Notes under the pieces: generated by a model | Seen by the model: the letters and a program-made list of their open reading frames with translations, nothing else | The model's database searches: none | Told to the model about the DNA's origin: nothing | Origin: an uncultured Chlamydiae bacterium | Lineage (GTDB): Bacteria; Chlamydiota; Chlamydiia; Chlamydiales; SM23-39 | NCBI GenBank assembly: GCA_963828125.1 | Contig: CAWHDP010000001.1 | Location: 288,001 to 352,000 of the forward strand | DNA: 64,000 bases | Reading direction: 5' to 3' | Shown: positions 1 to 10,880 of the stretch, one piece after another | Position numbering within the stretch: position 1 is the first letter of the stretch | Layout of the letters: every line of letters begins with the position of its first letter | Program-made: the position numbers and the translations under genes

Positions 1-1248
1 AGCTGTCATCAAAAGGACTCCTTGCTTTTTAGTTTCGTTCGCTTTTTGTCTAGCTAAAAAATCTAAATTGTTTGTTAAAGCATTTAATGCTTTCATGAAT
101 TGTTCCGGAGTACGTAAATTCACATATTGTTGAAGATGTATGAGGTTAGTCCAATCTAGCGTATTTGGTACGATACCGATGGATCGATTTGTGATAAAAA
201 TCGGTTTCGCACCGTGCTCAAGAAGAAGCCCGGCAATATCTGCACGATTTGATATCACAGCCTGGTATAACGGATTGTAACTCAAATTCCCATTGGTTAT
301 TGTAACCGGATATTCTATAAGATAATATTGATTTTTGTATATGCAATGGATTGTCGGAGAAAAAGGCTGATCGCATTTTACTCCACGCTCTATAAGCAGC
401 GAGATAATAGCAATATCCCCCTGCTCGACAGCAGCGGTCATTAATGAATACTCATCATTTTTAATAAAAATATTTGTTCCACTATTGAAATGTCGCTGTT
501 CTAATTCAGTATAGTCGCATGAAATACCATTTTTTATCAGTAGTTGCAAAAAAGACGATGAAATATTTTTATTCTTCATCGCGTAAAGAAGACTTTGCCC
601 TCCATTTGGCATTTTAGTCATGTCAAATCCTGATTGTATAAGGAGCTTTGCAGCTAGTTCATTATTTGATTGAATTGCAACGTCCATGAGTCGGTTGTTT
701 TTATTTATATTAATTCCAGTCTTTAATAGGACCTCTATTCCATCATTAAACTTATAGAGCATAGCAGACTCAATATGATCAGGGCCAAACACGGAACCAA
801 CAGTCAATACCAATTGAACTGCTTTTATTAGTTTAGATTGGATTACAGTATTCAGTGTATCGCCAGCTACCATGTTTGGCTTGAATCCAGACCGGAGAAG
901 TAAATCAACCCCTTCCTCAGAAAGATTGCTTATTGCAAAATCAAAAACCTTCGAATCAAGGGTGGCCTTTTTTTGAATTAACAATCTTGCGATCGACATG
1001 TCGTTTTGCTTAAACGCGACTTGAAGAGGTGTGCCTTGATCTGATGATTTATTGACATCCATTCCGCTATCTAGTAACAACGTAATGGCTCTTTCATCAC
1101 CCATTTTAACTGCATAATGCAAAGTAGGGATTTTATCTGGATTGTTTGCGTATTTTGTCAAAACGTCGAGCAGGTCGTCATTCGGAGTGATTGCGCCCAT
1201 GAACTGCTTCTCAACTGTCTGTTTTAAAACGGTATTTTCTGTTCTCAT
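1..1248 (-). CDS. Ankyrin-repeat protein; runs off the left edge, and its 5' end is probably truncated by the IS at 1293
   Basis: Manual translation: MRTENT...PTLHYAVKMGDERAITLLLDSGMDVN...GTPLQVAFKQNDMSIARLLIQ. The frame appears open to position 1 and upstream to the IS end. Confidence 0.8.
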   Translation of the reverse strand, partial: MRTENTVLKQTVEKQFMGAITPNDDLLDVLTKYANNPDKIPTLHYAVKMGDERAITLLLDSGMDVNKSSDQGTPLQVAFKQNDMSIARLLIQKKATLDSKVFDFAISNLSEEGVDLLLRSGFKPNMVAGDTLNTVIQSKLIKAVQLVLTVGSVFGPDHIESAMLYKFNDGIEVLLKTGININKNNRLMDVAIQSNNELAAKLLIQSGFDMTKMPNGGQSLLYAMKNKNISSSFLQLLIKNGISCDYTELEQRHFNSGTNIFIKNDEYSLMTAAVEQGDIAIISLLIERGVKCDQPFSPTIHCIYKNQYYLIEYPVTITNGNLSYNPLYQAVISNRADIAGLLLEHGAKPIFITNRSIGIVPNTLDWTNLIHLQQYVNLRTPEQFMKALNALTNNLDFLARQKANETKKQGVLLMTA

Positions 1249-1292
1249 TCTTCTTTGTCCTGCGCGGGCAGAACTGCCTGCAACAACCGACA

Positions 1293-2857
1293 GGGCGCAT
1301 TCCCATTTTCTGGGTAGCCACCTGACGGTCTATGCTGCATAGGGCAGGCCTCCCTCATAAGCCATCTTTTTTAACAGATTCCAGCGCCCGCTCTTGTAAT
1401 ACGCTCGCAGCAACAACACTTCTTCTGCGGTATCTTCTTTCCAGAAGATGCAGGGGCTTTTCAGCCTCAGATTGATCACTCGCCGCACCGCACTTTCGAT
1501 TGCCCCGCTCCCTATCGGCATCTTGAGAGCTGCAACTTCCTTGTAGCAGAGCCGTTTTCGGTTATTGACGAAGTACATCAGCTCTCGCTGGAGGAGTTGA
1601 CTCTTTGATCCCTTCGCCGCCGTTTGTAAATTCTCGATCACTTGATTGGTCCCGCCGTTCTTGAGCAGGTGTTTCTGCCGCGATATCCATTGCTTCCGCT
1701 TTCTTCTGGACCATTGGCGCTTCAGTTCCGCGAACGCATGCAAATGCTGCACCGCATGGTAAAAATCGATTAACTCCAGGATTTTACAGCGTACGCCACC
1801 CATGTCGAGCATTTTCCTGGCGAGTTGCACCGAGTCCCATATCCAGTGGGCCCCGTCAGCGACGAACAGTATCTGGTCCACTGCGCTAAGGTTTAATGAC
1901 CGGAGATAAATGTGCATGAAGGAGAACAGAACGTCGATCCCTTTCAAGGTGCCGTCTATAATCGGCAGGATCCTCTTATCGACTCTCCCGTCGTCATTCA
2001 CAACGTAAATGATCAGCAATTTTGGCTCCCGCCAATCTGTCTTGTAGCGAGCCCTATTCTTCTTTGTCCGGCGGCCCTGCTTTGCCGTTCGGATCCGGAG
2101 ACGGCCTCCATCTGACGACAAGACAACCCTTCGGCCTTGTAGATCTTCTGTACGCAGCATCGCGATTACCGACTCTGCCTTCTGACCTGCTCTTGCCCGA
2201 GATGCAAAGCGTTTGGCCACATTTCTTACTGTCTTGATGTCCAGCGAACAGCCGCGAGACCCCATCATATGTTTAGCCTCTTCCATGGAACAGAGGGCTG
2301 CGGTGGCTTGTGCGACCTCAGACGCCAAGAAGGGCGTGCAGTGATCGTAGATCCCCAGAAGATGCAATTCCGGATAAAGGCCTTTGCCGCGTCTTCCAGC
2401 CGAGCCTTTTCTAGACCAGTAAGCAACACTTAAGGGGAGCGACGTGCCTCCAGAGAACCTGACCTGAACGAGCACACGTCCCTTATTGACCATCGATTTA
2501 CGAACGCTGTGGGAGAGTTCTAGAGAGGATGCACGGAACGCTTCGTCCTCATCGATGGTTTGCTGTACCTTGTGAGCAACGATGAGATCTCCCAGCTCTC
2601 TTGTGAGAGCTTGTACTTCTCGTTCGAGTTTTTCCAGATCTTGCTCGTTGTGAATTTTGTCATTTCGAGAGATGATTTTCAGGATTTGCTCATTTACGGC
2701 TTGAATTTTGGCGGTGAGATCTTTAGAATTTTGTGCTGTGCCTATACGCATGATGTTCCCTTTGTGTTTTGCGATTCAAAGAGTATCAGTGCTTTAGGCA
2801 CTTTTTTTAAATAAAAATTTCAGTTTACGAGGCTACCCAGAAAATGGGAATGCGCCC
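1293..2857 (-). mobile_element. ISKra4/ISLre2-like insertion sequence
   Basis: Perfect 27-bp terminal inverted repeats GGGCGCATTCCCATTTTCTGGGTAGCC (1293-1319 and 2831-2857) around one transposase; no flanking target duplication. Confidence 0.85.
1330..2751 (-). CDS. DDE transposase (ISKra4/ISLre2/UPF0236-like)
   Basis: 473 aa with motifs SSDGG, VADGAHWIW, IDFYHAVQHL, PIGSGAIESAVR. Confidence 0.9.
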   Translation of the reverse strand: MRIGTAQNSKDLTAKIQAVNEQILKIISRNDKIHNEQDLEKLEREVQALTRELGDLIVAHKVQQTIDEDEAFRASSLELSHSVRKSMVNKGRVLVQVRFSGGTSLPLSVAYWSRKGSAGRRGKGLYPELHLLGIYDHCTPFLASEVAQATAALCSMEEAKHMMGSRGCSLDIKTVRNVAKRFASRARAGQKAESVIAMLRTEDLQGRRVVLSSDGGRLRIRTAKQGRRTKKNRARYKTDWREPKLLIIYVVNDDGRVDKRILPIIDGTLKGIDVLFSFMHIYLRSLNLSAVDQILFVADGAHWIWDSVQLARKMLDMGGVRCKILELIDFYHAVQHLHAFAELKRQWSRRKRKQWISRQKHLLKNGGTNQVIENLQTAAKGSKSQLLQRELMYFVNNRKRLCYKEVAALKMPIGSGAIESAVRRVINLRLKSPCIFWKEDTAEEVLLLRAYYKSGRWNLLKKMAYEGGLPYAA

Positions 2858-3184
2858 ATCAATCTTTGCTTGTTTAAATCTCTGGAGAATTAGTTCGATC
2901 TCCTGTTTGGGTGTTGCGATGCCTTTCTTGCTCTTTTTCTGAACAACGTGAAGTACTGCCACCACCTCTTTGAATTCTACCGTATATGCAGTCCTGAAGG
3001 TTCCCTCTCGCTCATCGACCACGATCTCTCGGATAGGCTCGTGCAAGTGCTTCAGGGGCTTGGTGTTCCCAGGGTCTCTTTCTTTTTGAATCTCTCTCAA
3101 TGAGTGACCAAATTCTCTCTGCACGTCTGGGGGCAGCTCTTTTAGGTCTTTTTTGGAGCTGCCTACCCATAGAATAGGCTTCAT
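2858..3184 (-). pseudogene. RelE/Gp49-like toxin, last codons replaced by the IS; antitoxin lost
   Basis: Near-identical to 20374-20727 up to the IS boundary at 2857. Confidence 0.8.
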
Positions 3185-3360
3185 GGGAACGCGATATTTC
3201 ATACCTCTTATAATTATCAATATTGGTAATTTTCTTCTAGACAAGAATTTATTTTAAGGTGAGGGGGGTCAACTCGCGAAACGGATTGTAACGCACGTTA
3301 AGACTTTATCGGCAATCGTAGCTGCCTAAAATTCGTTCCATTGGGCTTCAACCCCTATAA

Positions 3361-3514
3361 CGGAAATCCAACGGAGTAGCCAATCGCCAGCCTTTGAAAT
3401 GGATTGACCTCGATTGACAATATTTTCTAGCAATAATCTAGTTTTTTCTATAGACTTTGCCAAGCAAAGGTGATTTAAGGTCATCTGAAGTATTTGGCGG
3501 AGACGGCTCCCCAA
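3361..3514 (+). other. Conserved att-arm-like flank (class A) beginning CGGAAATCCAACGGAG
   Basis: Motif lies 154 bp before the tRNA fragment, the same spacing as at three other sites. Confidence 0.6.
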
Positions 3515-3558
3515 GACTGTTAATCCATTGGTCGAATGTTCGAATCATTCACCCGGAG
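3515..3558 (+). repeat. tRNA-Asn(GTT) 3' fragment, att-core copy 1
   Basis: GACTGTTAATCCATTGGTCGAATGTTCGAATCATTCACCCGGAG contains anticodon loop, T arm and 3' acceptor strand; no 5' half. Confidence 0.85.
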
Positions 3559-3841
3559 TTTGTCTACCTTTAACTGGGGCATGCTCTACCTCAAAGAGAA
3601 GCTCTCCTACATTTTCGAAAAACCGTTTGGCAATCAAGTGACTACCTTCCTCACCGGCATTCCAGAGACATTTTCAGTGGCAGCACTCACCCAAAATCTC
3701 AACCTCGGCTCCCTCAGCCTCGAATTCTTCGCCTCGATCGGCCATCGCTCGCCGATAGGCATCGTGCTCAGCTACGACGGCGAATTCGGTTCTAACTATA
3801 TCGCAAATGAGGTCATGCTCACCCTCAGCAAAAGCTTTTGA
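3559..3841 (+). pseudogene. 3' fragment of an autotransporter beta-barrel gene
   Basis: LKEKLSY...FLTGIPETFSV...NLG...YDGEFG...F aligns by eye with the C-terminus of 36981-39488. Confidence 0.7.
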
Positions 3842-3849
3842 ACTGGCAA

Positions 3850-4521
3850 TTAGTAATTCCAGCCAACTCCACCACCTACAGCGACTCCACCCGCTTGAGT
3901 ATTTAATGCTTTGACGTCATGCTTGTGGCTATGCGTTTTGACACTCCCGAGAGAACTGTTTACAAATGTATTGATTGTGAGGCGTTTATAAAAATAAGAG
4001 AGGCCCGCAGTTGCTACTCCTCCTATGCCCTGAGTAAAGTTATGGCGCTCTAGATAGCTTACTTCATTTTTTGCCCCAACAAAATACCATCTTGATCCTA
4101 GCAGAAAATAGGGTTGCAAAACATTGTTGCCTGATTCCCAAATTTTTATAGAAGCTTGAAGACCCACTGTAAGTGGTGCAATCCAAATACTGGTTTTGGA
4201 TCCCGAACCTGTAGAGCGCCCGGCTTTGTAGAAGTAATCTCCACTGATGAAACAACCAAAATAGCAATTCCAATTGTAAGTTAGTACAAGCTGGTAATCC
4301 GCTCCTCCTTCACCAATGACTGTGCGTAGAGATTCTGAAAAAGGGTGAAAGTAGCCAACGTTAAAATTAACAAACCAATTTCTACACATAGGTTGTTTGG
4401 AAACCGAATTGAAATCCGAACTATTTTTGATCACGCCTTTTTTTATCATGCCTTTCTTTTCCTCACCTGCCAAAACGGAAACAGTTAACAGGATTAAGGT
4501 AGCTAAAAGATATTTTCTCAT
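3850..4521 (-). CDS. Small outer-membrane beta-barrel protein
   Basis: Signal peptide, alternating beta strands, C-terminal GVGWNY. Confidence 0.7.
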   Translation of the reverse strand: MRKYLLATLILLTVSVLAGEEKKGMIKKGVIKNSSDFNSVSKQPMCRNWFVNFNVGYFHPFSESLRTVIGEGGADYQLVLTYNWNCYFGCFISGDYFYKAGRSTGSGSKTSIWIAPLTVGLQASIKIWESGNNVLQPYFLLGSRWYFVGAKNEVSYLERHNFTQGIGGVATAGLSYFYKRLTINTFVNSSLGSVKTHSHKHDVKALNTQAGGVAVGGGVGWNY

Positions 4522-4523
4522 TA

Positions 4524-5909
4524 TTAGTCCACTGTTATCTCTAAACTGGTTGAACTTTCAGTCCCATCTTCAAAAAGGCTGCTGATTTGATAAGTATCTA
4601 CCCCATTTTTGGGGCGGTTATAGTCCATATAAAATAGTTGTTTTATACCTTCAGCAATTAGACTTCCATTTCTTCGGATGTTGTACCCTACAACTCCTGA
4701 GGAAACCGAAGCAGTCCAGTTCAATTCATTATACCATTCTAAAAGCAGGGCAAAGCGATTTTTTACACGGTTTCCTTTGCCGTTTGTAGGGGGAAGTTGG
4801 TCTGGCTGGCCAACAACCGTTGTAAAGTATGGAACGTATGGAAATGCCAAATTTCCCCAGGCGGCAATTGCGGTGGAAGCATCAAGCAAGAGGCCTACGT
4901 AAACATCTTGACTGGAGCCAGTCGATGTTCCTAGGGGGATCGGAGCGCCGTCCCCCCAGGATCCGGAACTATAAAGTGAATAATAAGGTACGTGAGAGCT
5001 TAAATCTTTCCAAGTTGCTACTAATTGGCCTGTACTTGGGCCTTGGGTGACATGAATGCTACCCCAAACTCCAATGGAGGAGCCAAGAGGAATCGATCCT
5101 GTCGTCCAGGTTCCCCCATTATATATCGAGTAGAAAGGGGCATCGGTATCGCCATCGGGCCACACTGCCACCATTTCTCCGCTATTTGGACCTTGTGCCA
5201 CATAGACGTTGGTGTAGATACTTGTTGAGGTTCCAAGAGGAATTGTACTGGGTGTGGCCCATGCTCCGCCACTATAAATTGAGTAATAGGCTTCTAGGTT
5301 ATCACTATCGGTCCAAGTTGCCATTAGTGTTTCTGAAGAGGGGCCTTGTGAAATAAATACATCTAGATAGACTCCGTTAGAAGATCCTACAGGAATGGCG
5401 CCGGTTGTCCAGGTTCCGGAGCTATAAATGGAGTAGTAAGGATTGTTGGGGGCAGAGTCATTTGCCCAAGCGGCAGTGACCTCACCATTATTTGGACCAA
5501 CGGCAAGAACGACATCATAGTTACATCCGTTCGAAGGACCCAGAGTAATCGTTCCGGTTGCCCATGAGATGCCATCATAAATTGAGTAGTAAGGGTACCC
5601 CGTAGACCTGTCATTCCAAGCTGCCATTACATCATTTGAGTTAGGTCCTAGGGCTGTATAGATATTGTTCAAAACTGATCCTGAAGCTTCTAAAGAGATG
5701 GCACCCGTTGTCCAAGTTCCGTTATCGTAGATCGAGTAGTAGGGAGCATACGTATCTACATCAGCCCATGTAGCAATAGCATTTCCTGCGTTAGGGCCAG
5801 GATTTATCGTGATGGCTGTAGAACCAACTCCGGAAGAAGCGCCCGGGGGTATTTCTTCAGCCACATTCCAATCCAAAGAATCTGCTGAAAGAGATGTAGT
5901 AACCCACAT
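4524..5909 (-). CDS. Repeat protein (beta-propeller-like, ~50-aa units) with Fn3-like C-terminus; 5' end fused to the IS end
   Basis: Repeated AxW-D-x4-PYYSIY-xxGxW-TG-IxLGxS...GP; C-terminal LNWTAS...GYNIRRNG...YQIS. Confidence 0.7.
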   Translation of the reverse strand: MWVTTSLSADSLDWNVAEEIPPGASSGVGSTAITINPGPNAGNAIATWADVDTYAPYYSIYDNGTWTTGAISLEASGSVLNNIYTALGPNSNDVMAAWNDRSTGYPYYSIYDGISWATGTITLGPSNGCNYDVVLAVGPNNGEVTAAWANDSAPNNPYYSIYSSGTWTTGAIPVGSSNGVYLDVFISQGPSSETLMATWTDSDNLEAYYSIYSGGAWATPSTIPLGTSTSIYTNVYVAQGPNSGEMVAVWPDGDTDAPFYSIYNGGTWTTGSIPLGSSIGVWGSIHVTQGPSTGQLVATWKDLSSHVPYYSLYSSGSWGDGAPIPLGTSTGSSQDVYVGLLLDASTAIAAWGNLAFPYVPYFTTVVGQPDQLPPTNGKGNRVKNRFALLLEWYNELNWTASVSSGVVGYNIRRNGSLIAEGIKQLFYMDYNRPKNGVDTYQISSLFEDGTESSTSLEITVD

Positions 5910-6757
5910 TCCGCACCCTCTCAGCTGTTAGCATAGATTTTTTCAAATTGAGGACCAAGAATGGCTAAGACATGGCTCCGAACGGGATTCATGTTCAGAA
6001 TGATTTCCTCTATTTTGCCTCCTATTGTCCGAATTAAAAGGTGCACTCCCTCAAAAAGCTGAAAGATCCAGCGCATTGTGGGGGTTCGTGTTGCTTTTCC
6101 CAATTGATTCGGTACGCAAGCTTTAGCTCGTTCTAGACTCTGCCGTAAATACCGTTGTGCAATCGTGTAGACTAGCAAACAGAGGCACATCACCATAGCA
6201 AGAGCAATAATTTTTTTCTCACTTTTCAAATATACAGCCGGCGTCATGAAGGCAGGCTCTTTTAAAAAGCGAAAACCCCGTTCCACCGATTGTTGGCCTT
6301 TGTAATTTTGTAAAAGTTCTTTGCTTGTTAGAAGAGCTTCATCTAATTCGTTGGTTGCAATAATGAATCTCCCTTTTGTTTTAAGAATGTGATCGATTTT
6401 ATTTGGATCTTCTTTAAGCTGTGTTTTGACGCGGTAGTGATGAGTCACTAGCGCCCCTGCTTTAGGTCTGCCCTTTCCTCGGTGTGTTTTTTTAGATGTG
6501 ATTTCTATTTCATTCAGGCAGTGATATTTGAGTTTTTTACTCCAGCGTAGTACAGCCTCTTTCGCATCATTTTCACAATCAAAGTCGGTTCGCAGCCATC
6601 GATTCAGTTCACGCTTTTGCTCTTCATTCTCTTTTTGAACTTGTCTTCTAAGTGTTTTTTCTTCGCGTATGTATGCTTGTTGTCAGGCGACAGTGTAAAA
6701 TGACCCCCTTTCGACATTGAAAAGTGACCCACCCCCCTATTTGAAGTGAGAGTAAGC

Positions 6758-8047
6758 ATGGAACCCAATAAAATCTCTGCTGTTGTAACAGGAGACAGTA
6801 AAGAGAGAATGGAACCACCTAATGTCGTAGAGAAAATTTTATATTTGTCATCAGAAGGGTGGGGTAAAAGACGGATTGCCAAAGAGCTTGGAATTAGTGC
6901 CAATACCGTTAAACACTACCGGCGACAAGGGAAATGGCGCCCGTATAATATTCCCAAAAGAATTAAGAGGCTGGAAGCATTAGATGTCTGGCTCGAAGAA
7001 ATGTTTAACCTCCATAAAGGTAATGCAGAGGTTATCCGCCAAGAGTTGGTTCGTCAACACAATCTGCAAGCTGATCTACGCACTGTCGAAAGAGCAGTTA
7101 AACTATTTAGACAAAGGGTCTTTGCTTCAGCAAAGGCGACGATTCGGTTTGAGACGCCGCCGGGCAAGCAGATGCAAATTGACTTTGGATCGATTACTAT
7201 CAAGATTGCAGGAGAGCCGAAGAAGATCTATTTTTTCGCGGCAGTTCTTGGTTTTTCACGCCGCCAATATATACAGGCCTTTATCCATGAACGACAATCG
7301 GCCTGGTTTGAGGGGCTTGAAGGAGCCTTTAACCATTTTGGAGGGATCCCATCAGAAGTCTTAATGGACAATCCAAAGCCACTTGTTATCAGTCACAACC
7401 CGCAGACACGAGAAGTGGTGTTCAATGAACGCCTACATGCGTTTGCTAACTATTGGAAATTCAAGCCCAAAGCATGCGCCCCTTATAGAGCAAGAACGAA
7501 GGGGAAGGACGAAAACACGGTCAAATATTTTAAGTATAATGGAATTGCCGGAAGGGAGTTCTCAAGCTGGGAGGCTCTTGGCGAACATATCGTTTGGTGG
7601 ATGAGAGATATTTCAGACCTCAGAATCCATGGGACTACTGGAGAAAAACCAATCGATCGCTTTGAGAAAGAAGAAAAAGCTGTTCTTCAACCGCTAAATG
7701 GGAAGCCACCTTTCTATTTGGGAAGAGAGATGCAAAGATCGGTCCATACGGATGCTTGTGTGGAGGTGGATACAAATTTTTACAGTGTGCCATGGCACTT
7801 CATTAAAAAAGAGGTCACAGTACAATTAACCGAAACTGAAGTCAAAATCCTCTATGATGCTGACGAAATAGCCCGTCACCCTGTCTGCATAGGAGAGAGG
7901 CAACGCTCCATCAATCCTCATCATTTAAAGGGAATCGTAGGGGCTAATTGGTGCATGAAAATGGAAGTTCCAAATGCTCCAATCAAACCTGCCGAGCTGC
8001 TTCGTCCTCTTACCGAGTATGAAGCTATTACCGGAGGAGGTTGGTAA
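6758..8047 (+). CDS. istA: IS21 transposase
   Basis: RFETPPGKQMQIDFG, LMDNPK, PYRARTKGKDE. Confidence 0.95.
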   Translation: MEPNKISAVVTGDSKERMEPPNVVEKILYLSSEGWGKRRIAKELGISANTVKHYRRQGKWRPYNIPKRIKRLEALDVWLEEMFNLHKGNAEVIRQELVRQHNLQADLRTVERAVKLFRQRVFASAKATIRFETPPGKQMQIDFGSITIKIAGEPKKIYFFAAVLGFSRRQYIQAFIHERQSAWFEGLEGAFNHFGGIPSEVLMDNPKPLVISHNPQTREVVFNERLHAFANYWKFKPKACAPYRARTKGKDENTVKYFKYNGIAGREFSSWEALGEHIVWWMRDISDLRIHGTTGEKPIDRFEKEEKAVLQPLNGKPPFYLGREMQRSVHTDACVEVDTNFYSVPWHFIKKEVTVQLTETEVKILYDADEIARHPVCIGERQRSINPHHLKGIVGANWCMKMEVPNAPIKPAELLRPLTEYEAITGGGW

Positions 8048-8838
8048 TGACCATCAATCATGAAAATCTTGTAGCTACACTCCACCGATTGAAACTCTCA
8101 ACTATCCGAGACAAACTCGACAACCTTCTCGATGAAGCATCTCGTAAGAAAATGAATTTACGAGAAGCTCTAGCTTTTTTTTGCGAACAAGAAATGCAGC
8201 AGAGAGAACACACCCGTAATCGCCGTGGATTCTCGATGGCTAAATTCCCCTATGCAAGAACTCTTGAACAGTTTGATTTTAGTGCGCAGCCATCATTGGA
8301 TGCCGGTCAAATACGCGAACTTGGAACTTGTCGTTGGATTGCCAATGGAGATGCTCTTCTGTTATTAGGCCCTCCTGGAGTTGGGAAAACTCATTTAGCT
8401 GTTGCGCTTGGCAATGAAGCCATTCGGTTAGGATACACAGTTCTTTTTACTCCGGCGACCACTCTTTTGACCCAGCTCGCTCGGGCTCACCAAGAAGGTC
8501 GTCTTGAAGACAAGATTGTTTGGTATTCGAAACCCAAATTGCTGATTATCGATGAACTTGGATATCTTCCCTTTGATCCGAAAGCGGCTCATTTATTTTT
8601 TCAGTTGATCTCCCGACGATACGAGAAAGGAAGTACCTTAATTACGAGTAATCGTTCAGTCAGCGAATGGGGGGAAGTTTTTGGCGATACTGTAGTTGCA
8701 ACAGCAATTTTAGATCGCCTCTTGCATCACAGCCATGTAGTCACTATTCGCGGAGAAAGTTATCGGCTGAAAGAAAAACGAAAATCTGGATTGGTTAAAA
8801 CAACAGTCCTTCAATCGGAGACTCTAGAAGGGAAGTAA
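8047..8838 (+). CDS. istB: IS21 helper ATPase
   Basis: GPPGVGKT, LLIIDELGY, AILDRLLHH. Confidence 0.95.
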   Translation: MTINHENLVATLHRLKLSTIRDKLDNLLDEASRKKMNLREALAFFCEQEMQQREHTRNRRGFSMAKFPYARTLEQFDFSAQPSLDAGQIRELGTCRWIANGDALLLLGPPGVGKTHLAVALGNEAIRLGYTVLFTPATTLLTQLARAHQEGRLEDKIVWYSKPKLLIIDELGYLPFDPKAAHLFFQLISRRYEKGSTLITSNRSVSEWGEVFGDTVVATAILDRLLHHSHVVTIRGESYRLKEKRKSGLVKTTVLQSETLEGK

Positions 8839-10061
8839 AAAATTTAGTTTTCGCCCCTCCCCCATGGGGGAGGGGGCCTCCTCTCTCCTTCGGTGGAAGA
8901 GAAGTATTGTGCCTCAGCACCAACTCAGAGCTTTGCATATCCTCTGACTACCGCTAAAGCACCAATATGGCTGTCGTTAGGCAGCCGTAGTCATTAAAGA
9001 AAAGATTGGGGGTGGGTCGCTTTTCAATGTCGCCGGTGGGTCACTTTCTGGTGTCGCTTGACACTTGTTCAGAATAAACAAACAACCATCGTTGCTTGAC
9101 TGCCCCGTATTCGCTCTTAAACTCCTTTCCTTGATATCCGAGTTCTAAATTTTCTAACGGACCGGTGTATTGGACGATTTGTTTTGCCTCCACCAGCGTC
9201 TCTGGAACTCTTGTAACCCATTTTATCGATGATGACAAATCTCCAATTGTTGCCTTGGTGTACAATGCGCTGTCGGCCACAAAGTAGAGATTCTCGCCAG
9301 CTTGAATTTGTCCTCGTAATTCCTTCAATCGTTCTCGGAACAGCTCTTTGTCTGATGTGTTACCGGCCACTGTTTTTGCTAAAAGAGGCACGTCTCCATC
9401 CTGGCTCGACATCAGATAAATCATAAATTGTTTTAAGTCAGGACGATGATCTTTTGAATATCCAAATGTGACCAATCCTATTCCTTCATTGGTATCGTAT
9501 TCCCCATGCACCTGCATACTTGTAGAATCTAAGTGTCGAAATTTTTGAGATACTCCAAAACGCAGAGCAGCTTGAGAGGCTATAGATGCAAATAGAGGAT
9601 CGCATCCGGAAGCAAAAAGCTGGTTCAATGTCCTTCTCAATCGATCGTCATTGATCGCATCCTCGCAATCTTTTAATAGAAAGCGATTTACTGGCCGTGA
9701 AGAGAAAAATTGTGCTTCGAGATATAGGGGTCTGGAGGTAAACCCAAGCCCATTGATCACCATCAATTTAACGCATTCGCCGTGAGAAATTTTCATGCTT
9801 GGATCCGGTGGAAGTATCTTATCGATCATTTCCACTATCCCAATTTCATCACAAATTTGAGATACAATGCCCAGATGGTCTAAATTTTTACTGCGATAAG
9901 TGTTGTCCATGACGCCTCCCGTCTAAAAAGACATTTGATTTTACAGGAGACGCAAAAAAATATTTACTAAAATATATTGATCGATCTACGCTTTCTCTGA
10001 TCGGACCAAAAAAAATCCTAAAGTTGGTTTGCACCCTGCGGAGCAGGGTGCGGAATGTGGG

Positions 10062-10292
10062 CTGAAACATCACGCACTCCACAAACTGAGTGCCAACAAA
10101 TTGCTAGCCCTCACCGTGTTGCACAATTTTTTTACCTCACGAAAGGACGGCGGCACAGCTGCGGAGAGATTTTTTGGAAAAAAGCAACGAAATGTGTTCG
10201 AGTGGCTGCTGAGTACTATCGACTTGCCGGTCAGGCCGCGCAAGCGGGCACAGACGCAGGTGCAAAAAGCGCCGGAAAATCAAGCGGCTTGA
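10062..10292 (+). pseudogene. C-terminal remnant of a DUF6399-type putative transposase
   Basis: LTVLHNFF..RKDGGTAAERFFG..FEWLL; begins at the IS1634 boundary. Confidence 0.6.
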
Positions 10293-10475
10293 TCACCACC
10301 GATGGGGTGGCGAATGATGAAGTTATGAAAATGGCCGTTTTTTCGGATCTTTTCCAGAATCACAGAAAAGTGGGCCCATCGCTTCATGATTTTGGGTCGG
10401 AGGATAAAACCCAAATGGTTTGAGGCAAGATATCGCAAGGAAGGGCCGTTTCTGCAAGTCGGCGATCAGGTTTGA

Positions 10476-10880
10476 TTAATTTTTACAAGCAACCAATGCT
10501 AATTCTCCGTCCATAACCGAGCGGATATCATCCGTATGTTTTCTTACCCAGCCAGCTATGTCTGGATCAAGCCTTATGGTAACCGATGGCTTAATAGATC
10601 CTTTTGGACGACCGGCACCGGCTCGTTTTCCGCCATGACCTTTTGTCTGGTTTTCAATAAAAGGATCTAAGTTGTTATTTAGTCGTTCTTCAATAAAATC
10701 TCGAAGGTATAGAGGATAGTTTTCTTTAGTCTCTTGTTTTGACTCACCCCCGTACTCAACTGGATAAAGAGGATGTGAAAATACCCACTCCGAAACTTCT
10801 TCGTCAAACCATGGCTTGATCTCACCGATTTCTTTAAGAGCCTTATTGAGATGATTTTCTATTTCTTCGTTGGTGGCCAT
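10476..10880 (-). CDS. HicB-like antitoxin with C-terminal DNA-binding region
   Basis: WVFSHPLYPVEYGGESKQETKEN resembles HicB; HGGKRAGAGRPKG then VTIRLDPDI; overlaps the upstream small gene. Confidence 0.55.
   Translation of the reverse strand: MATNEEIENHLNKALKEIGEIKPWFDEEVSEWVFSHPLYPVEYGGESKQETKENYPLYLRDFIEERLNNNLDPFIENQTKGHGGKRAGAGRPKGSIKPSVTIRLDPDIAGWVRKHTDDIRSVMDGELALVACKN

Larger units (their letters stand above)
6681..9063 (+). mobile_element. IS21-family element, apparently intact
   Basis: TGTCA...TGACA ends with internal repeated motifs; 5-bp target duplication CTTGT (6676-6680, 9064-9068). Confidence 0.92.
5921..9910 (-). pseudogene. IS1634 transposase split by IS21 (9064-9910 and 5921-6680)
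   Basis: LDHLGIV, HLDSTS, GYSKDHRPDL, VADSALY in the N part; FIIATN, YKGQQSVERGFRFLK in the C part; frame continuous once IS21 is removed. Confidence 0.9.
5903..10061 (-). mobile_element. IS1634-family element, interrupted by IS21
   Basis: 17-bp inverted repeats CCCACATTCCGCACCCT (5903-5919) and AGGGTGCGGAATGTGGG (10045-10061). Confidence 0.85.

Noticed and set aside
10293..10475. ORF 10055-10423 and a possible IS end
   Set aside because: ORF starts inside the IS1634 repeat and overlaps the DUF6399 remnant out of frame; no partner repeat found
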